Counted from the stretch's first letter, positions 20,578-32,753 are shown. The stretch is DNA of 64,000 bases from an uncultured Solirubrobacterales bacterium (GCA_963775645.1 CAVZJR010000001.1:169956-233955), one strand, 5' to 3'. Notes: generated from the sequence alone by a model not told the origin. Numbers and translations: made by a program.

Positions 20578-22047
20578 TCAGAGACCGCGACGGCAAAGGA
20601 CGTGCGGGACGTTCGCAAGAGGATCTTTACGTCCGTCCATAGCGACCAGTTGGCGACGTAGAGGTAGTCCATCGCCACCATTTCCCGCAGGGACACGGTC
20701 GCGGGGCCGAGAATCTGCCAGTGGCCGGTGATGCCAGGATGAAGGGCAAGGCGACGGCGATGCCAGCCCTCGATGCGCTGGTCCTCGTCGAGGATCAAAG
20801 GACGCGGCCCGACCAAGCTCATCTCGCCGCGCAACACGTTGAACAGCTGGGGCAGCTCGTCCAAGGCGGTCTTGCGCAGGAAACTTGCCGACGCGCGTGA
20901 CGCGAGGGATCCTCGGCGATCTTGAAGAGGCCCTCTTGGGCCTCGTTGAGGTCGACAAGCGTGTGCTTGAGCTGCTCGGCTTCGGGGACCATCGTGCGGA
21001 ACTTGAATACGCCGAAGCGACGCTCGTCACGGCCGACCCTCATCTGGCGGAAGAAGATGGGGCCTTTGCTGTCGAGCTTGATCGCGATCGCGATCGCGAT
21101 CATCAAGGGCGAGACCACTAGCAGGCCCAAAGAGGCGCCGACAGATCGAAAGCTCGCTTGACCATGGCCGAGGAGCGAGTCAGATCGAAGCGACGCACCC
21201 CCATGAAAGTGACGCCGTGCAGGTCGTCGAAGATGACCGAGGAGCCGATCACTTGCAAAAGACGTGGCACCACGCTGACTCGTATGCCGGCCGCTTTCAG
21301 AGTCCTGACCAGGTCGAGCATCTCCCCCGCTTCGCTGTCGCTGGGAGACACGATCGCGCTGTGTACGTCCAGCTTGGTGGCCAGGTCACGTATCTCGCCC
21401 AGCTTGTCTGGGAGAAAGTGTCGGTTGACCAAGGCTCGATCTCGTGCAGGTCGACGTGGGCGACGATCTCGGCCTTGACGCCGCCGTGTTTGACCAAGCG
21501 CGAACGGATCGCCTGTTCGGAGGCTGCGCTGCCCACGAACAGGCAGCGTTCGACCGGTGAGACCCGCAGGGCCAAAGCCGCGCGCTGAGCAGCGCCCCAC
21601 GACCAGGAAGACCGCCAAAGCCACCCACAAGAAGAGCACGTCACTGCGGGTGAGCATGCCGTAGCCGAGCGGTCGCTCGGCCAGCCAGGCCAAGAGGGCA
21701 CATAGGGTGGCGACCTGAACCAACTTGGGTACCTCGTCCAGGGTGGTCTTGCGGATTACCGCCTCGTCGCGGTCATACAAGCCGAATAGCTTCGCGCCCA
21801 AGACCACCAAAGGCAAACCGATCAGGCAGATGCGCCCCAGGTGCAGACGCCCGCCGGAAATCTCGATCGTGACCGCGAAGGCAGCCACGATCGCCACGAT
21901 GTCGGCGCCGAGCAGCATGCGCCGGAAGATCGAGTCCCTCGCCAAGCTCGCGGCGGGCCCACGCGTCTCGAGGATCGGCCCAGGTCCGAGCCTCCGCCCC
22001 AGACCTCCCCGGCGGGCCGGCCTCGTCGTTATCGAACCTGTGGCCAA
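20578..22047 (-). CDS. Exopolysaccharide priming glycosylphosphotransferase (Bac_transf), frameshifted
   Basis: KRAFD, FFRQMRVGRD, KFRTM, DELPQLFNVLRGEMSLVGPRP, PGITGHWQ. Confidence 0.9.
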
Positions 22048-22463
22048 TCGAGGCGTCGAAATCGGCTTGAGTAGCCGGCTTTCGCTCTACCTGACCGCTG
22101 GTTGCCTCCAACCTTGTCTCCCGTGACGCGCGTTGAATCAAATCCAGCACGACACCCGTATCCGTCCGAGTCGTCAACGATTCGTGCTGGGCCTTCGTGT
22201 GCTGGTTTTTTCCTTGGCGGACTTCCCCAGTTTCCGTCTTTATCTAACGCTGATCGGGCGGCACGCTAGCCGCGCGAGTTGCGAAAGTCAAGAGCCATGG
22301 ACGCTATTCGGATCAATGGGAGCAGCCGTCCCAATTTAAGCAAAGCAGTTCATCCATATGGCCAACACCTGAGGGGCTTCGGAGCGACTCGATCGGGCAC
22401 CTTGCCGGCCAGCCTGACACGTCCGGCATAGGCGTCTTGGTCGTATGGGCTCGACGTGGCTGA

Positions 22464-23736
22464 TCAGGCAGTGGGGCGTGCCTTGAAAGGCTCCTCCACA
22501 CCGACCGTTCCGGGCCCGGACAGTTCGAAGGCGGCGTGAAGGGACTGGACGGCCTGCTCGACCCGGTCGCGCGCGATCACGCAGGAGATCTTGATCGGAG
22601 AGGTGGAGATCATCTCGATGTTGATGCCCTCAGAGGCGAGCACGCTGAACACCTTCGCCGCGACGCCCGGGTGTGAGCGCATGCCGGCGCCCACGATCGA
22701 GACCTTGCCCATCTCGCTCTGGGTCTCCATCCGCTCGCAGACGGTCTCGCCCTCGCCTCCAGGGCGGCGGTGGCGAGATCAAGATCTTCGTGGGGGACGG
22801 TGAAGGAGATCTCGGCCCGGCCGCCGGCGGAGGTGGGGACGTTCTGGTCGATCATGTCGACGTTCACGTTGGCTTCGGCCAAAGCCTCGAAGATGCGCGC
22901 GGCGGCGCCTGGCTCGTCGGGCACGCCGATCAAGCGTGACGCGCGCCTCGGCGGTCGAGTGGGTGACGGCTGTAATGAGTGGTTGCTCCATGGTTTCTCC
23001 TTCGGAGAGCACAACGGTACCGGGGCGTCCTCAAATGAGGAGCGGCAGTGGATGCGTACGCCCTCATTGCGGGCATACTCGACCGAGCGCAATTGCAGGA
23101 CACCCGCGCCGGAGGCCGCCATCTCAAGCATCTCCTCGAAGGACACACTGGGCAGCTTGCGGGCATCGGGGACGATGCGGGGATCGGCGCTGAACACGCC
23201 GGGCACGTCGGTGTAGATCTCGCACACCTCGCGCGCCCACGGCCGCGGCGAGCGCCACGGCGGTGGTATCCGAGCCGCCGCGCCCGAGCGTGGTGACATC
23301 GCTGGAGCGGTCGAGACGCCCTGAAAGCCAGCGACGAGCACGATGTGGTCCTCATGCAAGAGCAGCGCGGATGCGCTCGGCGCGTACGTCGAGGATGCGT
23401 GCCTTGGTGTGGGAGGTCGTCGGTGACGATGCCCGCCTGGGAGCCGGTCAGGGAGATCGCGCGGTGGCCGAGGTCGTTGATCGCCATGGCGCACAGGGCG
23501 CAGGAGATGCGCTCGCCGGTGGACAGGAGCATGTCCATCTCGCGCGGGTCGGGCGCGACGGAGACCTCCTCGGCCATCGAGATCAGCTCGTCGGTGGTCT
23601 TGCCACGCGCAGACAGAACCGCCACGACGCCGAAGCCGGCCTCGCGCTTCTCGACGATCCGCTTGGCGGCGTGCTTGATGCGCTCGGCGTCGGCCACGGA
23701 GGTGCCGCCGAACTTCATGACCACGATCTCAGACAC
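22464..23736 (-). CDS. ask: Aspartate kinase (with indels)
   Basis: [35 protein letters not shown] domains ending ISTSPIKIS. Confidence 0.93.
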
Positions 23737-23822
23737 GAACGGAGGATAGATGGCCAGGGCCGCATGCGGCCCTGGCCCGACCCGTACATGTACGGGTCGG
23801 CCGGCGGCATGCGCCGCCGGAA

Positions 23823-24473
23823 CTACAAGGTGCGGCGTCCGGCGAGAGCCTTGCCGAGAGTGACCTCATCCGCGTACTCGAGGTCCGAGCCGACAGGCAG
23901 GCCGGAGGCCAGGCGCGTGACCGTGAGACTCGGGCGCCCGATGGCGCAGCTCCTCGGCGATGTGCAAGCGCCGTGGCCTCGCCTGTGGTGGTGGGATTCG
24001 TGGCGAGCACGACTCGCGCACGCGCGCACCGTGGGCACTCAGGGCATCCACATCCGCCCCACGGTCCTCCGACCCGTCCCGCGTCACGCATAGCTCCTCG
24101 ATCTTGAGGTCCTCCGGCTCGATGCCGTCGATTGGAGACAAAGCGCCCCCCAGGACGTGGTAGAGCCCGTGAAATTCGTGGGTGCGCTCCATCGGGATCA
24201 CGTCGGAGGGCTCCTCCACGACACAGATCATGGAGGCGTCACGCCGAGGGTCCTGGCAGATGCGACAGCGTGGTTCGTCGGCGAGGTTGAAGCAGACCTC
24301 ACATAGGCCCACCTTTTCCTTGACCTCCTTGATCGCCTCAGCCAACCCGAAAGCGTCCTCGCCGGAGGCCCGCAGGATGTGAAAGGCAAGCCGCTGGGCG
24401 GTGCGATTGCCGACGCCAGGCAGCTTGGAAGCTCGGTCACAAGCCGCTGGACGGGAGGGGCGAAAGAGCTCAA
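23823..24473 (-). CDS. recR: Recombination protein RecR (with indels)
   Basis: [43 protein letters not shown]. Confidence 0.93.
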
Positions 24474-24534
24474 CGCCGGCAGCGTCCCACGCCGCGTGCC
24501 TGCGCTATCGACGGCAGATCGCTCGACATCCGAC

Positions 24535-24894
24535 TTATAGCCCCGGCAAGCCGAGACCGCCGAGGCCACCGAGCGCGCCGGGATCAAGGCCACCGGTGAC
24601 GGCGCCCATCTTGGAGGCCGCGAGCTCCTGGGCAGCACGCAAGGCCTCATTGGTGGCCGCGAGCACGAGGTCGCACAGCATGTCGACGTCCTCGGGATCG
24701 ACCGCGTCGGGAGCGATCTTCACCGAGCGCACCTCCAAAGCCCCGGAGACGGTGACCGTGACCATGCCCCCGCCGGCCGAGGCCTCGACGGTCTCATCGG
24801 CAAGCTGGGCTTGGGCTTGCTCCATGTCTTGTTGCATCTTCTGAACCTGCTTGAGCATCTGTTGCATGTTGGGTCGCTGCTGTGGTGGGGCCAC
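24535..24894 (-). CDS. ybaB: YbaB/EbfC nucleoid-associated protein
   Basis: MQQMLKQVQKMQ..SAGGGMVTV..DPEDVDML; dnaX-ybaB-recR synteny. Confidence 0.92.
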   Translation of the reverse strand: MAPPQQRPNMQQMLKQVQKMQQDMEQAQAQLADETVEASAGGGMVTVTVSGALEVRSVKIAPDAVDPEDVDMLCDLVLAATNEALRAAQELAASKMGAVTGGLDPGALGGLGGLGLPGL

Positions 24895-26861
24895 CTGCTC
24901 GCACCTTTCTGTTGTGGAAGCCAATCCTCCGGGAGACTCCTCCGCGTCGAGCTCGCCACCAGGCGCGCCACGATCTCCTCCTCGGTGGGGGACCCCGTTC
25001 TGCGCCTGGGAGACATGGAGATCCTCGCGCAACTCGAAGGCAACGCGATAGCGCCGGCCAGTGAGACGCTGGAGCGTGTCGATCAAGACGACTCGGTTGG
25101 CGGGATCCTCGGCTTTGCGCTTGAGAAAAGCGGCCGAAGGTGCGAACGCGAGCGTGAGCTCGGTCGTCGGTGAGAATCGCGGGCACCGCCTCGTTGAAGA
25201 CGGCGCCAAGCAGACTGTGCTCGGCCATCAACCGACTCGTGCACAGCGGGCCACAGGCCGAATCTAGATCGCCGGCGGGCGGGAATGCCACGACGGCGAC
25301 CGGGGCGACGGCTCTTGCTCCTCCTCGGCGGACGGCTCGACTGCCCGCGCGGGCACGGCGCCGCACGGCACCTCGGCATCGAGACCGGCTCAGCCGGCTG
25401 AGGCATGGCTGTCCGCTCGACGGGCGTCGGCTCGACCGGCGCGGGCTGGGTCGGCGCGGGCCCAACAGGTGCGGACTCGACGGGCACGGGCCGGACTGCC
25501 GAGTCCGACCGGTGTCGGCTGAGGCGGGTCGACTCAACCGGTGCTGGCTGGGCCGGTGCGGTCACTGACGTCGGCTGAGACGGCGCGGCGCACTGGCACC
25601 CGCACCTCCCTCGCGGGCGCGTGTGGCGGGGGCTGCGAGCGTCCGTTCGAGCGGGCGAAGGTGCCGCTGATACGGGGCAGCGGAGCGGCCTGCCAAGGCC
25701 TGCTCGAGCCGCTCGATACGTGCCAGCAAAGCTCGCGTGGAGCCGTCGGCTGGCGGGAGTGGCGGCCTTTACCAAAGCGAGCTCCAGCTGGGTGCGCGGG
25801 TCGGCGCCGGCGCGTACCGCCTCGAGCGCGCCCCGAGCAGGTCGAGCACGCGCACCGCCTCGGCGGGTCCGATGCGCTGCGCCTGGGCGCGCAAGCGCTC
25901 GTCGATCTCCGGCGTGAGCGATAGCTCCGGGGGCACATCGCCAAGCGTCTGTACAACCAACAGCTCGCGCGCACGGCCCTCCAAGTCGCGCGTAAACGAG
26001 CCTGCGTCGCGGCCCCCCTCGGCGCAACGGGCCACCGTGAGCAAGGCCCCACGCGCGTCCCCCGCCTGGACGGCGTCGAAAGCGTCGGAGAGCAGTTGCT
26101 CGTCGGCCACGCCGAGCACCGCCAAGACATCCCCAGCTCGATCGTGGGTGCCGCTGTAGGTGACCAGTTGCTCCAAAGTGCCGAGCGCGTCACGGAAGCT
26201 ACCCGTGGCCGAGCGCGCGATCGCGGCGACCGCCTCAGGCGGGATCTCGATCGACTCGGCCTGCGGCGGCGCGCAGTACCACCGAGGCGATCTGCTCGAC
26301 GGTCGGGTCTGTGGAAGTCAAAGCGGTGACAGCGATCGACGACAGTGGCGGGCACCTTGGATGCCTCAGTCGTGGCGAGCACGAACACGGTGTTCGGGGG
26401 AGGCTCCTCAAGCGTCTTCAGGAACGCATTCCAAGCGGCCTGGGAGAGCATGTGGGCCTCATCGAGGATGTACACCTTGTGGCGTCCTGAGACGGGAGCG
26501 AAAGCAACCGAGTCGCGCAGTTCGCGGATGTCATCGACCGAGTTGTTGGACGCCGCGTCCATCTCGATCACGTCCAAGGAGGTGGCGGAGGCGATCGAAC
26601 GCACGTCGCACGAATCGCAGGGACCGACATGGATCTACCTGGTGGGGGTTGCGGGACCAGCACTTCCTCGCAGTTCAGGCAGGAGGCCAGGATCTTCGCC
26701 ATCGAGGTCTTGCCGGTGCCGCGCGAGCCCACGAACAGGTAGGCGTGATGGACATTGCCCCGTTCCACCGCATGGCGCAAGGTACGCACGACGGGCTCCT
26801 GGCCGACCACGTCGGCAAACGAGCGGGGGCGATGCTGGCGATAGAGCGATTGTGGGGCCAC
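24891..26861 (-). CDS. dnaX: DNA polymerase III gamma/tau (multiple indels)
   Basis: LYRQHRPRSFADVVGQ, GSRGTGKTS, EMDAASNNSVD, DEAHML, LKTLEEPP. Confidence 0.93.
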
Positions 26862-27000
26862 CTAAACGCCAGTCTACCCCTGCGCGCGGCCCGCTCAGAT
26901 AGCGTGCGCCGCGTGAGGAGTGCGAGCAGCAGGCATTCGGGGCTGGGGCCACGAGCGAGGTTGAGGATCAAAAAGAGGGTCCTACCCGCGCGCATAAGTC

Positions 27001-28553
27001 ATGCCATACGGCAATACCCGACCCGCTGGGGTCCCGCCACGTTCGCGATCTCTGTGGGCGCGCATTCTGCTGTGGCTGATCGCAGGAGTGGGCTTCTCAA
27101 CTACGACACCCTCTATGCCCTCGTCTGGGGCCAGCAAATCACGCGCGGGGAGACGCCCGAATACGGGCTGCCAATCGCGCCCACGCCCCATCCTTTGGCC
27201 GAGCTGCTCGGCATTCCCTTGGCCCCCTTGGGCGCGAGCGCGGAGAGCACGATCGTGGTGGCACTCGGCGTTCCTGGCCTTGTCGGCATGCGGATGGGTG
27301 CTCTACAGGCTCGGCGAGGCTTGGTTCGGGCGTGCCGCCGGCGTGGTCGCCGCGCTCGTGTTCCTGACCAGGGTGCCGGTGCTCTCATATGGAGTTAGGG
27401 CCTACGTGGACATCCCCTACACCCTGCTCGTGCTGGGCGCCCTCTTGTGGAGACGCGGCATCGCCGGGCGGGCGCGCCGGTGCTGGTCCTGCTCGGACTG
27501 GCGGGCTTGTTGCGACCCGAGGCATGGCTGTTCTCAGGGATCTATTGGCTCATGCTGGTCGTGTCCTCCGAGCGCTCGCGCCCGGAAGAGGCGCCCGACG
27601 CACGCGCACCCGGCGAACTCGGCGCTGACCCCGCATGTACGCACGGAGGCCTTGTGCGCGCGGGAGACGGCCCGGCGCGCTGAGCGCACAGACACTGTGC
27701 GCTCACGCCGAGACCTGGCGCGGCTGGGCCTGCTCGCGGCGGCCGCGCCCTTGCTTTGGATCGTGAGCGACCTGGCGGTGACCGGCAACGCGATGTGGTC
27801 CTTGACGAACACCAAACACACCGCCGCCACCCTCGGGCGCGCCACCGGGATCGGCGACGTGCCCCAATACATTCCGCGGCGCATCGGCGAAATATTGCGC
27901 CCGGCTGTGCTCGCCGGGGCGGCCTTGGGCGGCATCTTGTCCTTGTTGTGGCTGCGAGAGAAGGCTCGCCTGGGAGCGCTCGCGGGCGTGGTCGCCGTCC
28001 TCGTTTTCGCTCTGATGGCGACTTTGGCCTGCCGATCGATACGCGCTATGCGTTCCTCACCTCCGCGATCCTGTGCCTGTTCTGCGGCGCCGGAGCGTTC
28101 GGCTGGATCGCCTTGGCCAAGGATGACCGCCACCGCATACCTTGGATGGCCGCCGGCGCGGTCGTGCTCGTGGCGCTCGTGGTGACCTTGCCCGGGCAGA
28201 TCAAATCGGCCCACAAAGAGCTAAGCAAACTGGCCCACCAAGAAAGCATCCAAAGCGACCTGTTGGCGCTCGTCAAAAGCAAAGCGATCGCCTTGAAGTG
28301 CGGTCCCGTCGGAGTGCCCAACCACGCGCCTGTCCCCCTGCTCGCGCTCTACCTGAAAGGCAGGCCCGGCTTGATCGTGAGCGCCGAAGCGAAACAGATC
28401 GAAACGGGCACCTACGTGGACCCGGCGAGCATAGAAATCGAACGCGACTACATTCTCGACCTGAAAGATCCCCACGCCGCTGTTTCCATCCCTCCAGGCT
28501 TCCTCGCCACGCAAAGCAACCGCTCCTGGTTGATATTCCAGAAGTGCGCTTGA
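27001..28553 (+). CDS. Polytopic membrane protein, GT-C/glycosyltransferase-like (indels)
   Basis: NYDTLYALVWG, PTPHPL, AGLLRPEAW, many TM segments across frames. Confidence 0.55.
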
Positions 28554-28642
28554 GGCCCGCCAGCCGTCCCCATCCGAGCTCCGACCGACCGATATTTCGG
28601 TGGGCCCGGACTCCAAGCCTGTACGAACAACAATCCAAAAAA

Positions 28643-28916
28643 GGACCGTGCACCCCTCGTCGAGAATCCGGATTCCGAACGCCTACCGCCACCGAGGACT
28701 CCGGTTCGGGGGCTCCCAAACGCGCCTGCCAGTGATCGCTTAAGGCTGCTTCCTTCCGGATCTGACCTGGTTCACGAGCCGACACCGCGAGGGACCCGAG
28801 CCATCGACGCTCCCGGCGGCGGAGCGACCGGAGCGGAACCCCTCGGAGGGGAGTTCAGCCCCGCTAGAGCGGATTGCGGATTCAGGGCGCCGCTACATCC
28901 CCGCCTAGCACGGTCC
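28643..28916 (-). ncRNA. ffs: Large (Alu-domain) bacterial SRP RNA
   Basis: Minus strand begins ggaccgtgctaggcggggatgtagcggcgccctg, contains aggtcagatccggaaggaagcagc, ends pair, followed by a U-tract; upstream of dnaX. Confidence 0.92.
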
Positions 28917-29002
28917 GCGCCCGATCCTAGCGCGATTGGTCGCCGAGCCGTCGGGGCGCGGTGCGGCGCGCACCGGCCCGATGCGTTAGGCTGCCCGCCG
29001 TT

Positions 29003-29608
29003 ATGAACTTCACTCCTTCGCATACCTCCAAGCATTCCCGTGCCCGCATCGGCTCGGTCCTGGCCGCTTTCGGCCTCGCCGCCCTGATCGCCGGCTGCGG
29101 CTCCAGTGGCTCCAGCTCGATTACCGTCGGCAACGAGTCGGACACCAGCTCCGTACCCCATGTAGCCGGTGAAACGACGCCCACCAGCACGACCCCGACG
29201 ACGCCAACCGCGAGTGCCAAGACGCCCACCAGCGGCCCCTTGGCGACCAAGCCCACGGTCACGGTGCCCTCGGGCGCAGCTCCCACCACACTGGTTACCA
29301 AGGAACTGATCAAAGGCACAGGCCCCGAAGCGAAGGCGGGCGACCCGGTCACGGTCAACTACGTCGGCGTGCTCTACAAGGGCGGCTCCGAATTCGACTC
29401 CTCTTGGAAGCGCTCCGAACCGTTCGCCTTCACGCTCGGCAAGGGCCAAGTCATCAAGGGTTGGGACCAAGGCGTGGCCGGCATGAAGGTGGGTGGCCGG
29501 CGCGAGCTGATCATCCCGTCCGAACTGGCCTACGGCAAGACCGGCTCGCCTCCCACGATCCCGGCCAACTCGGCGCTGGTGTTCGTGGTGGACTTGCTCG
29601 CCGTCTAG
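29003..29608 (+). CDS. FKBP-type peptidyl-prolyl isomerase lipoprotein
   Basis: Lipobox IAGC; FDSSW, VIKGWDQG, LAYG, IPANSALVFVVDL. Confidence 0.93.
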   Translation: MNFTPSHTSKHSRARIGSVLAAFGLAALIAGCGSSGSSSITVGNESDTSSVPHVAGETTPTSTTPTTPTASAKTPTSGPLATKPTVTVPSGAAPTTLVTKELIKGTGPEAKAGDPVTVNYVGVLYKGGSEFDSSWKRSEPFAFTLGKGQVIKGWDQGVAGMKVGGRRELIIPSELAYGKTGSPPTIPANSALVFVVDLLAV

Positions 29609-29609
29609 C

Positions 29610-30272
29610 GTCCTGAAGCTCCGCTCCGCAATCGTCGCGCTAGCCCTCCTCGGGCTAGCCGGCTGCGGTATGGGCTCCTCGGACGGACCCAGCGCGCGCG
29701 AACTAGCATTGGAGCGCACTCAGCTCCTCCAGGTGAGTGCCAGCCTGCAAGCCGCGGAGGGTCCAGTCCACGAAGAGGTGACGGCCTCGCGGAGCGCTTG
29801 GCCTTCGGTGGCCTCCGGCTTGCCCGCAATGCCCTCCCCCGCTTTGCGAGGCGCCGTGGCCAAAGCAAGCACCAAGTCTGCCGCGATCCCAGTGCCCCCC
29901 TTCCTGGCCGAACCGCGCAGCTTGACCGGCCCGGCCGCGGGCATCGCGGGGCTCTACGAAAGCTATGAGCGCCTCGCCCCTCGTTCGTGGCAGCTGATTT
30001 TGGCTGCCCTCGACGCAATCAAGACGGGCCCGCCGATGGCAGCCCAATATTCGCGGAGGAACTCCTCTTTCTATATAGACGCGATCTACGACGCCCACTA
30101 CAACCTGTCTTTGGTCAGCAAGAGCTTGCTCTCTGGCTACGAAAAGCTGGGCGGCGCCGGCGCTTTTGGGACCAGGCTGCCCCCGAATCGCTTGGCTGCC
30201 TTGGCCGCGGCCTATTCGATCCCAGCGGTGCGCCTGGAGCCCCATCCGGCGGGGGCCGCCAAGGAAGGGTAA
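29610..30272 (+). CDS. Hypothetical lipoprotein
   Basis: LAGCG lipobox-like sequence upstream of ORF 29670..30272; start uncertain. Confidence 0.5.
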   Translation, partial: VLKLRSAIVALALLGLAGCGMGSSDGPSARELALERTQLLQVSASLQAAEGPVHEEVTASRSAWPSVASGLPAMPSPALRGAVAKASTKSAAIPVPPFLAEPRSLTGPAAGIAGLYESYERLAPRSWQLILAALDAIKTGPPMAAQYSRRNSSFYIDAIYDAHYNLSLVSKSLLSGYEKLGGAGAFGTRLPPNRLAALAAAYSIPAVRLEPHPAGAAKEG

Positions 30273-30377
30273 GGCGGTTGTGTGCCGGATCTGTCAGCCA
30301 TGTCCGGGGACGTAGCGCTGAGGTTGTGGTGCTACAAAGCGGTGCCCCACGCGCGCGTGCGCGAGGGCCCTTGGAGC

Positions 30378-30436
30378 CAATAGAATCAAAGTCCCGGACG
30401 CGTAGCTCAGTGGGAGAGCGCTCGCTTCACACGCGA
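30378..30436 (+). repeat. Promoter (ccaatagaatca) + 5' fragment of tRNA-Val (30396..30436), att-like junction
   Basis: Identical to 32682..32722 up to cacacgcga, then diverges. Confidence 0.9.
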
Positions 30437-30637
30437 AACGGCGGCTGGGCGTCGAACGCCGGATTTCCAGCGCCCGCCAGGGTCTTTGGCCTGTTGTCCG
30501 TCAAACGGATACGCCTGGATTGGGCGCGATATGACGGGGTTTGGGCAGCGGAATCGGGCTGCTGCCCAAACGCATAGATGTTCTCCGAGCTAGTCAACCT
30601 CTATGAACGCGTCTGGGTCCAGGGTGATGATGTTGCT

Positions 30638-31385
30638 GTGTCTTCAGCCGTGACCAGTGGCCTCTTTGGGCTTGGTGGCGTGGTGTTGGGCGTCGTGCTC
30701 AACGCGGTTTGGCTCCACGCGCACCCGCAAGCAGATCAGTGCGGAGGAGCGAGAGCGAGAGCGCCGACAGCGCGAGCTACTGGTCGCGGAACGGCTTGAC
30801 GAGGCCCTGGTGTACGCCTCGGCCGCACTCGACCGAGGCGTCACGCGTGAACGGGGCGCTCCTACGCTCGAAGACCATTACCGGAATGCGTACGATCACT
30901 GGGCAGAGGCCTGGGCCGCTTACTCTTCGCGTCTGCGTCAGCCGGAGCTACTGCGTCGCTACGAAACCATCGGGCCGCTGCTCATGGAGGTCGTGCACGG
31001 AGATCGCACCCCCGAGGAGATTCCGCGCCACGTGGTAGTCCGCGCCATAGCCAACGCTCGCGCAACACTCGCCTACTTCATGCGAGGCGAGGAGCGACTG
31101 CCACCAACCACATTCCCCCGAGCCGGACGAGTTGCGGCGCCTCCTCGGCGAAGGTGACGGCCAGATTGACCCGTCGCGTCCACTCAAGCAATGGTTGAGC
31201 CAGCACCCTATACCCAAGTTTCATCCCTCTTAAGCGGTCCACTGCCGGGGGCACGCTGGCATGATCGTGAGCCTCCGACCCTCCTGGTCGACTGGGCGTG
31301 GAGCGTCGAGCGTCCGATCCCGCGCGCGGGGCGCAACCAGCTGCCACCTGACCGCCACAACTTCCCGCCGTCGGCGCTGCCGTAG
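30638..31385 (+). CDS. Hypothetical protein, N-terminal TM + helical domain (indels)
   Basis: Contiguous coding-like pieces 30578..30799, 30657..31157 and onward; boundaries uncertain. Confidence 0.4.
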
Positions 31386-31471
31386 TCCTCGCGCGCCCTC
31401 GACCACCCACTCACGCCTCCCCTGAGTGCTGCCGCTCCCAGCACCGCCTCGCGTCCTGGGATCATCAGGCC

Positions 31472-31775
31472 ATGCCCAAGGACCGGATTCGGCGCTACCG
31501 CCTTGCCCCAGACGTGCGCGTCGTGATCCAGCGCTCAAGCGCTCATCCGGTCGAGTACGCGATCATGCTGCTCGTCGAGCGCGACGGGGAGTGGCACACA
31601 GTGCGCACCTTCGACAACGCCCACGATCCGACGAGACGAGCACCGCTACATCGGCTCCGAGAAGCAGAAGCCAATCGTCACGCATGGGTCCGTGAACGAC
31701 GCGATGCACGCCGCCGAAGTCAAGATCAGGGGAGGCTGGTCCGATATCGTTCGTAGCTGGGAGAACACTCGATGA
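31472..31775 (+). CDS. Small toxin-like protein (DUF7718/TumE-like), frameshifted
   Basis: VEYAIMLL..WHTVRTFDNAH motif; coupled to next ORF via ATGA. Confidence 0.45.
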
Positions 31776-32113
31776 GCGTCGTCTATGACAAGACCTGGGA
31801 TCTCTTTATGGCTGCGTCGCTCAGCGACGATGACCTCGGCTACCCCGATGAGGTCGAGTTCATTCCCGGGGATCAGGAGTGGGCCGACGAAGTGCTCTGG
31901 CGCAACCTCACCGAAGGCCATCCGACCGTCCTCGTCAGCGAGGATGCCGAGCTGCTGCTGCTCCCGCGGCCCCGCAGCCTGGTAGACCGGCTGCGGGGCC
32001 ACGTCGTCGTCAACGTTGCCCATCGCACCCACGGACACGCCTCGCCCTACGCGATTGCGGGCCGGTTGGGCCGCCATCCCGTGCGCCAGATGCGCGAGCT
32101 GGCCCACGCGTAG
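31772..32113 (+). CDS. Hypothetical protein, putative partner of upstream ORF
   Basis: 113 aa with acidic N-half; overlapping start. Confidence 0.5.
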   Translation: MSVVYDKTWDLFMAASLSDDDLGYPDEVEFIPGDQEWADEVLWRNLTEGHPTVLVSEDAELLLLPRPRSLVDRLRGHVVVNVAHRTHGHASPYAIAGRLGRHPVRQMRELAHA

Positions 32114-32681
32114 ACGTGCTTGCGCGGCGCGCGCAGTCCAAAACTCCAAACTACGCCCGACCAGTCCACTCGTCGGGCGCCGCACCCGGCACCCATGCTC
32201 GCGTGACGCCGCCACCATGCCCCCACCGATCGCCGCGAGACTAGATGACGACCTTAGGGTGCTTATATCCGACTATGAGCTGGGAACGCAAACAGCTATG
32301 GCCAGTATCGACATCGCTGCTCGGGTCGTCGTTGATCTGGTGATCGACCAAGATTCTGGCGCATTGCGATCACTCGCGACCGTCTCCCGCTTCGAGCCCC
32401 TTGACTGGGATACGAGGATGGACGCCACATAGCGTAGGGCGCGCTGTGGTATCAAGGCTCATCTGCGGTCGCCACCGAACTTCCGACAGGGGCCGACTGC
32501 AGGGCTCTCAGCTGCCCGCACTGGCGTGATTCGACGAGCAGACGGCTCCGTCGCGGCCTCAAGCAGCGCTTCAGCGCTCTCGTGAAGCGCACCTATCGGG
32601 CAGCAATGGGCAGCAGCTCTGCCTAGAGGGGCCATGCCGAGGCTGCCGGCAATGCGCAGGCCCAATAGAATCAGGGCCCCA

Positions 32682-32753
32682 GGACGCGTAGCTCAGTGGG
32701 AGAGCGCTCGCTTCACACGCGAGAGGTCGCAGGTTCGAAACCCGCCGCGTCCA
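32682..32753 (+). tRNA. tRNA-Val (CAC)
   Basis: GGACGCG/CGCGTCC acceptor stem, ctcgc-TTCACAC-gcgag anticodon arm, GGTTCGAAACC T-arm; TAGAAT -10 upstream. Confidence 0.96.

Larger units (their letters stand above)
30437..32681. mobile_element. Island 1, bounded by tRNA-Val 5' duplication; no integrase
   Basis: Direct repeat of promoter+5' tRNA; GGGCAGC motifs at both ends (30539..30571 inverted pair, 32598..32615 direct pair). Confidence 0.7.

Noticed and set aside
22464-26861. Pseudogenisation of ask/recR/dnaX, or programmed dnaX frameshifting
   Set aside because: Many scattered indels in core genes whose motifs are intact; sequencing error is simpler.
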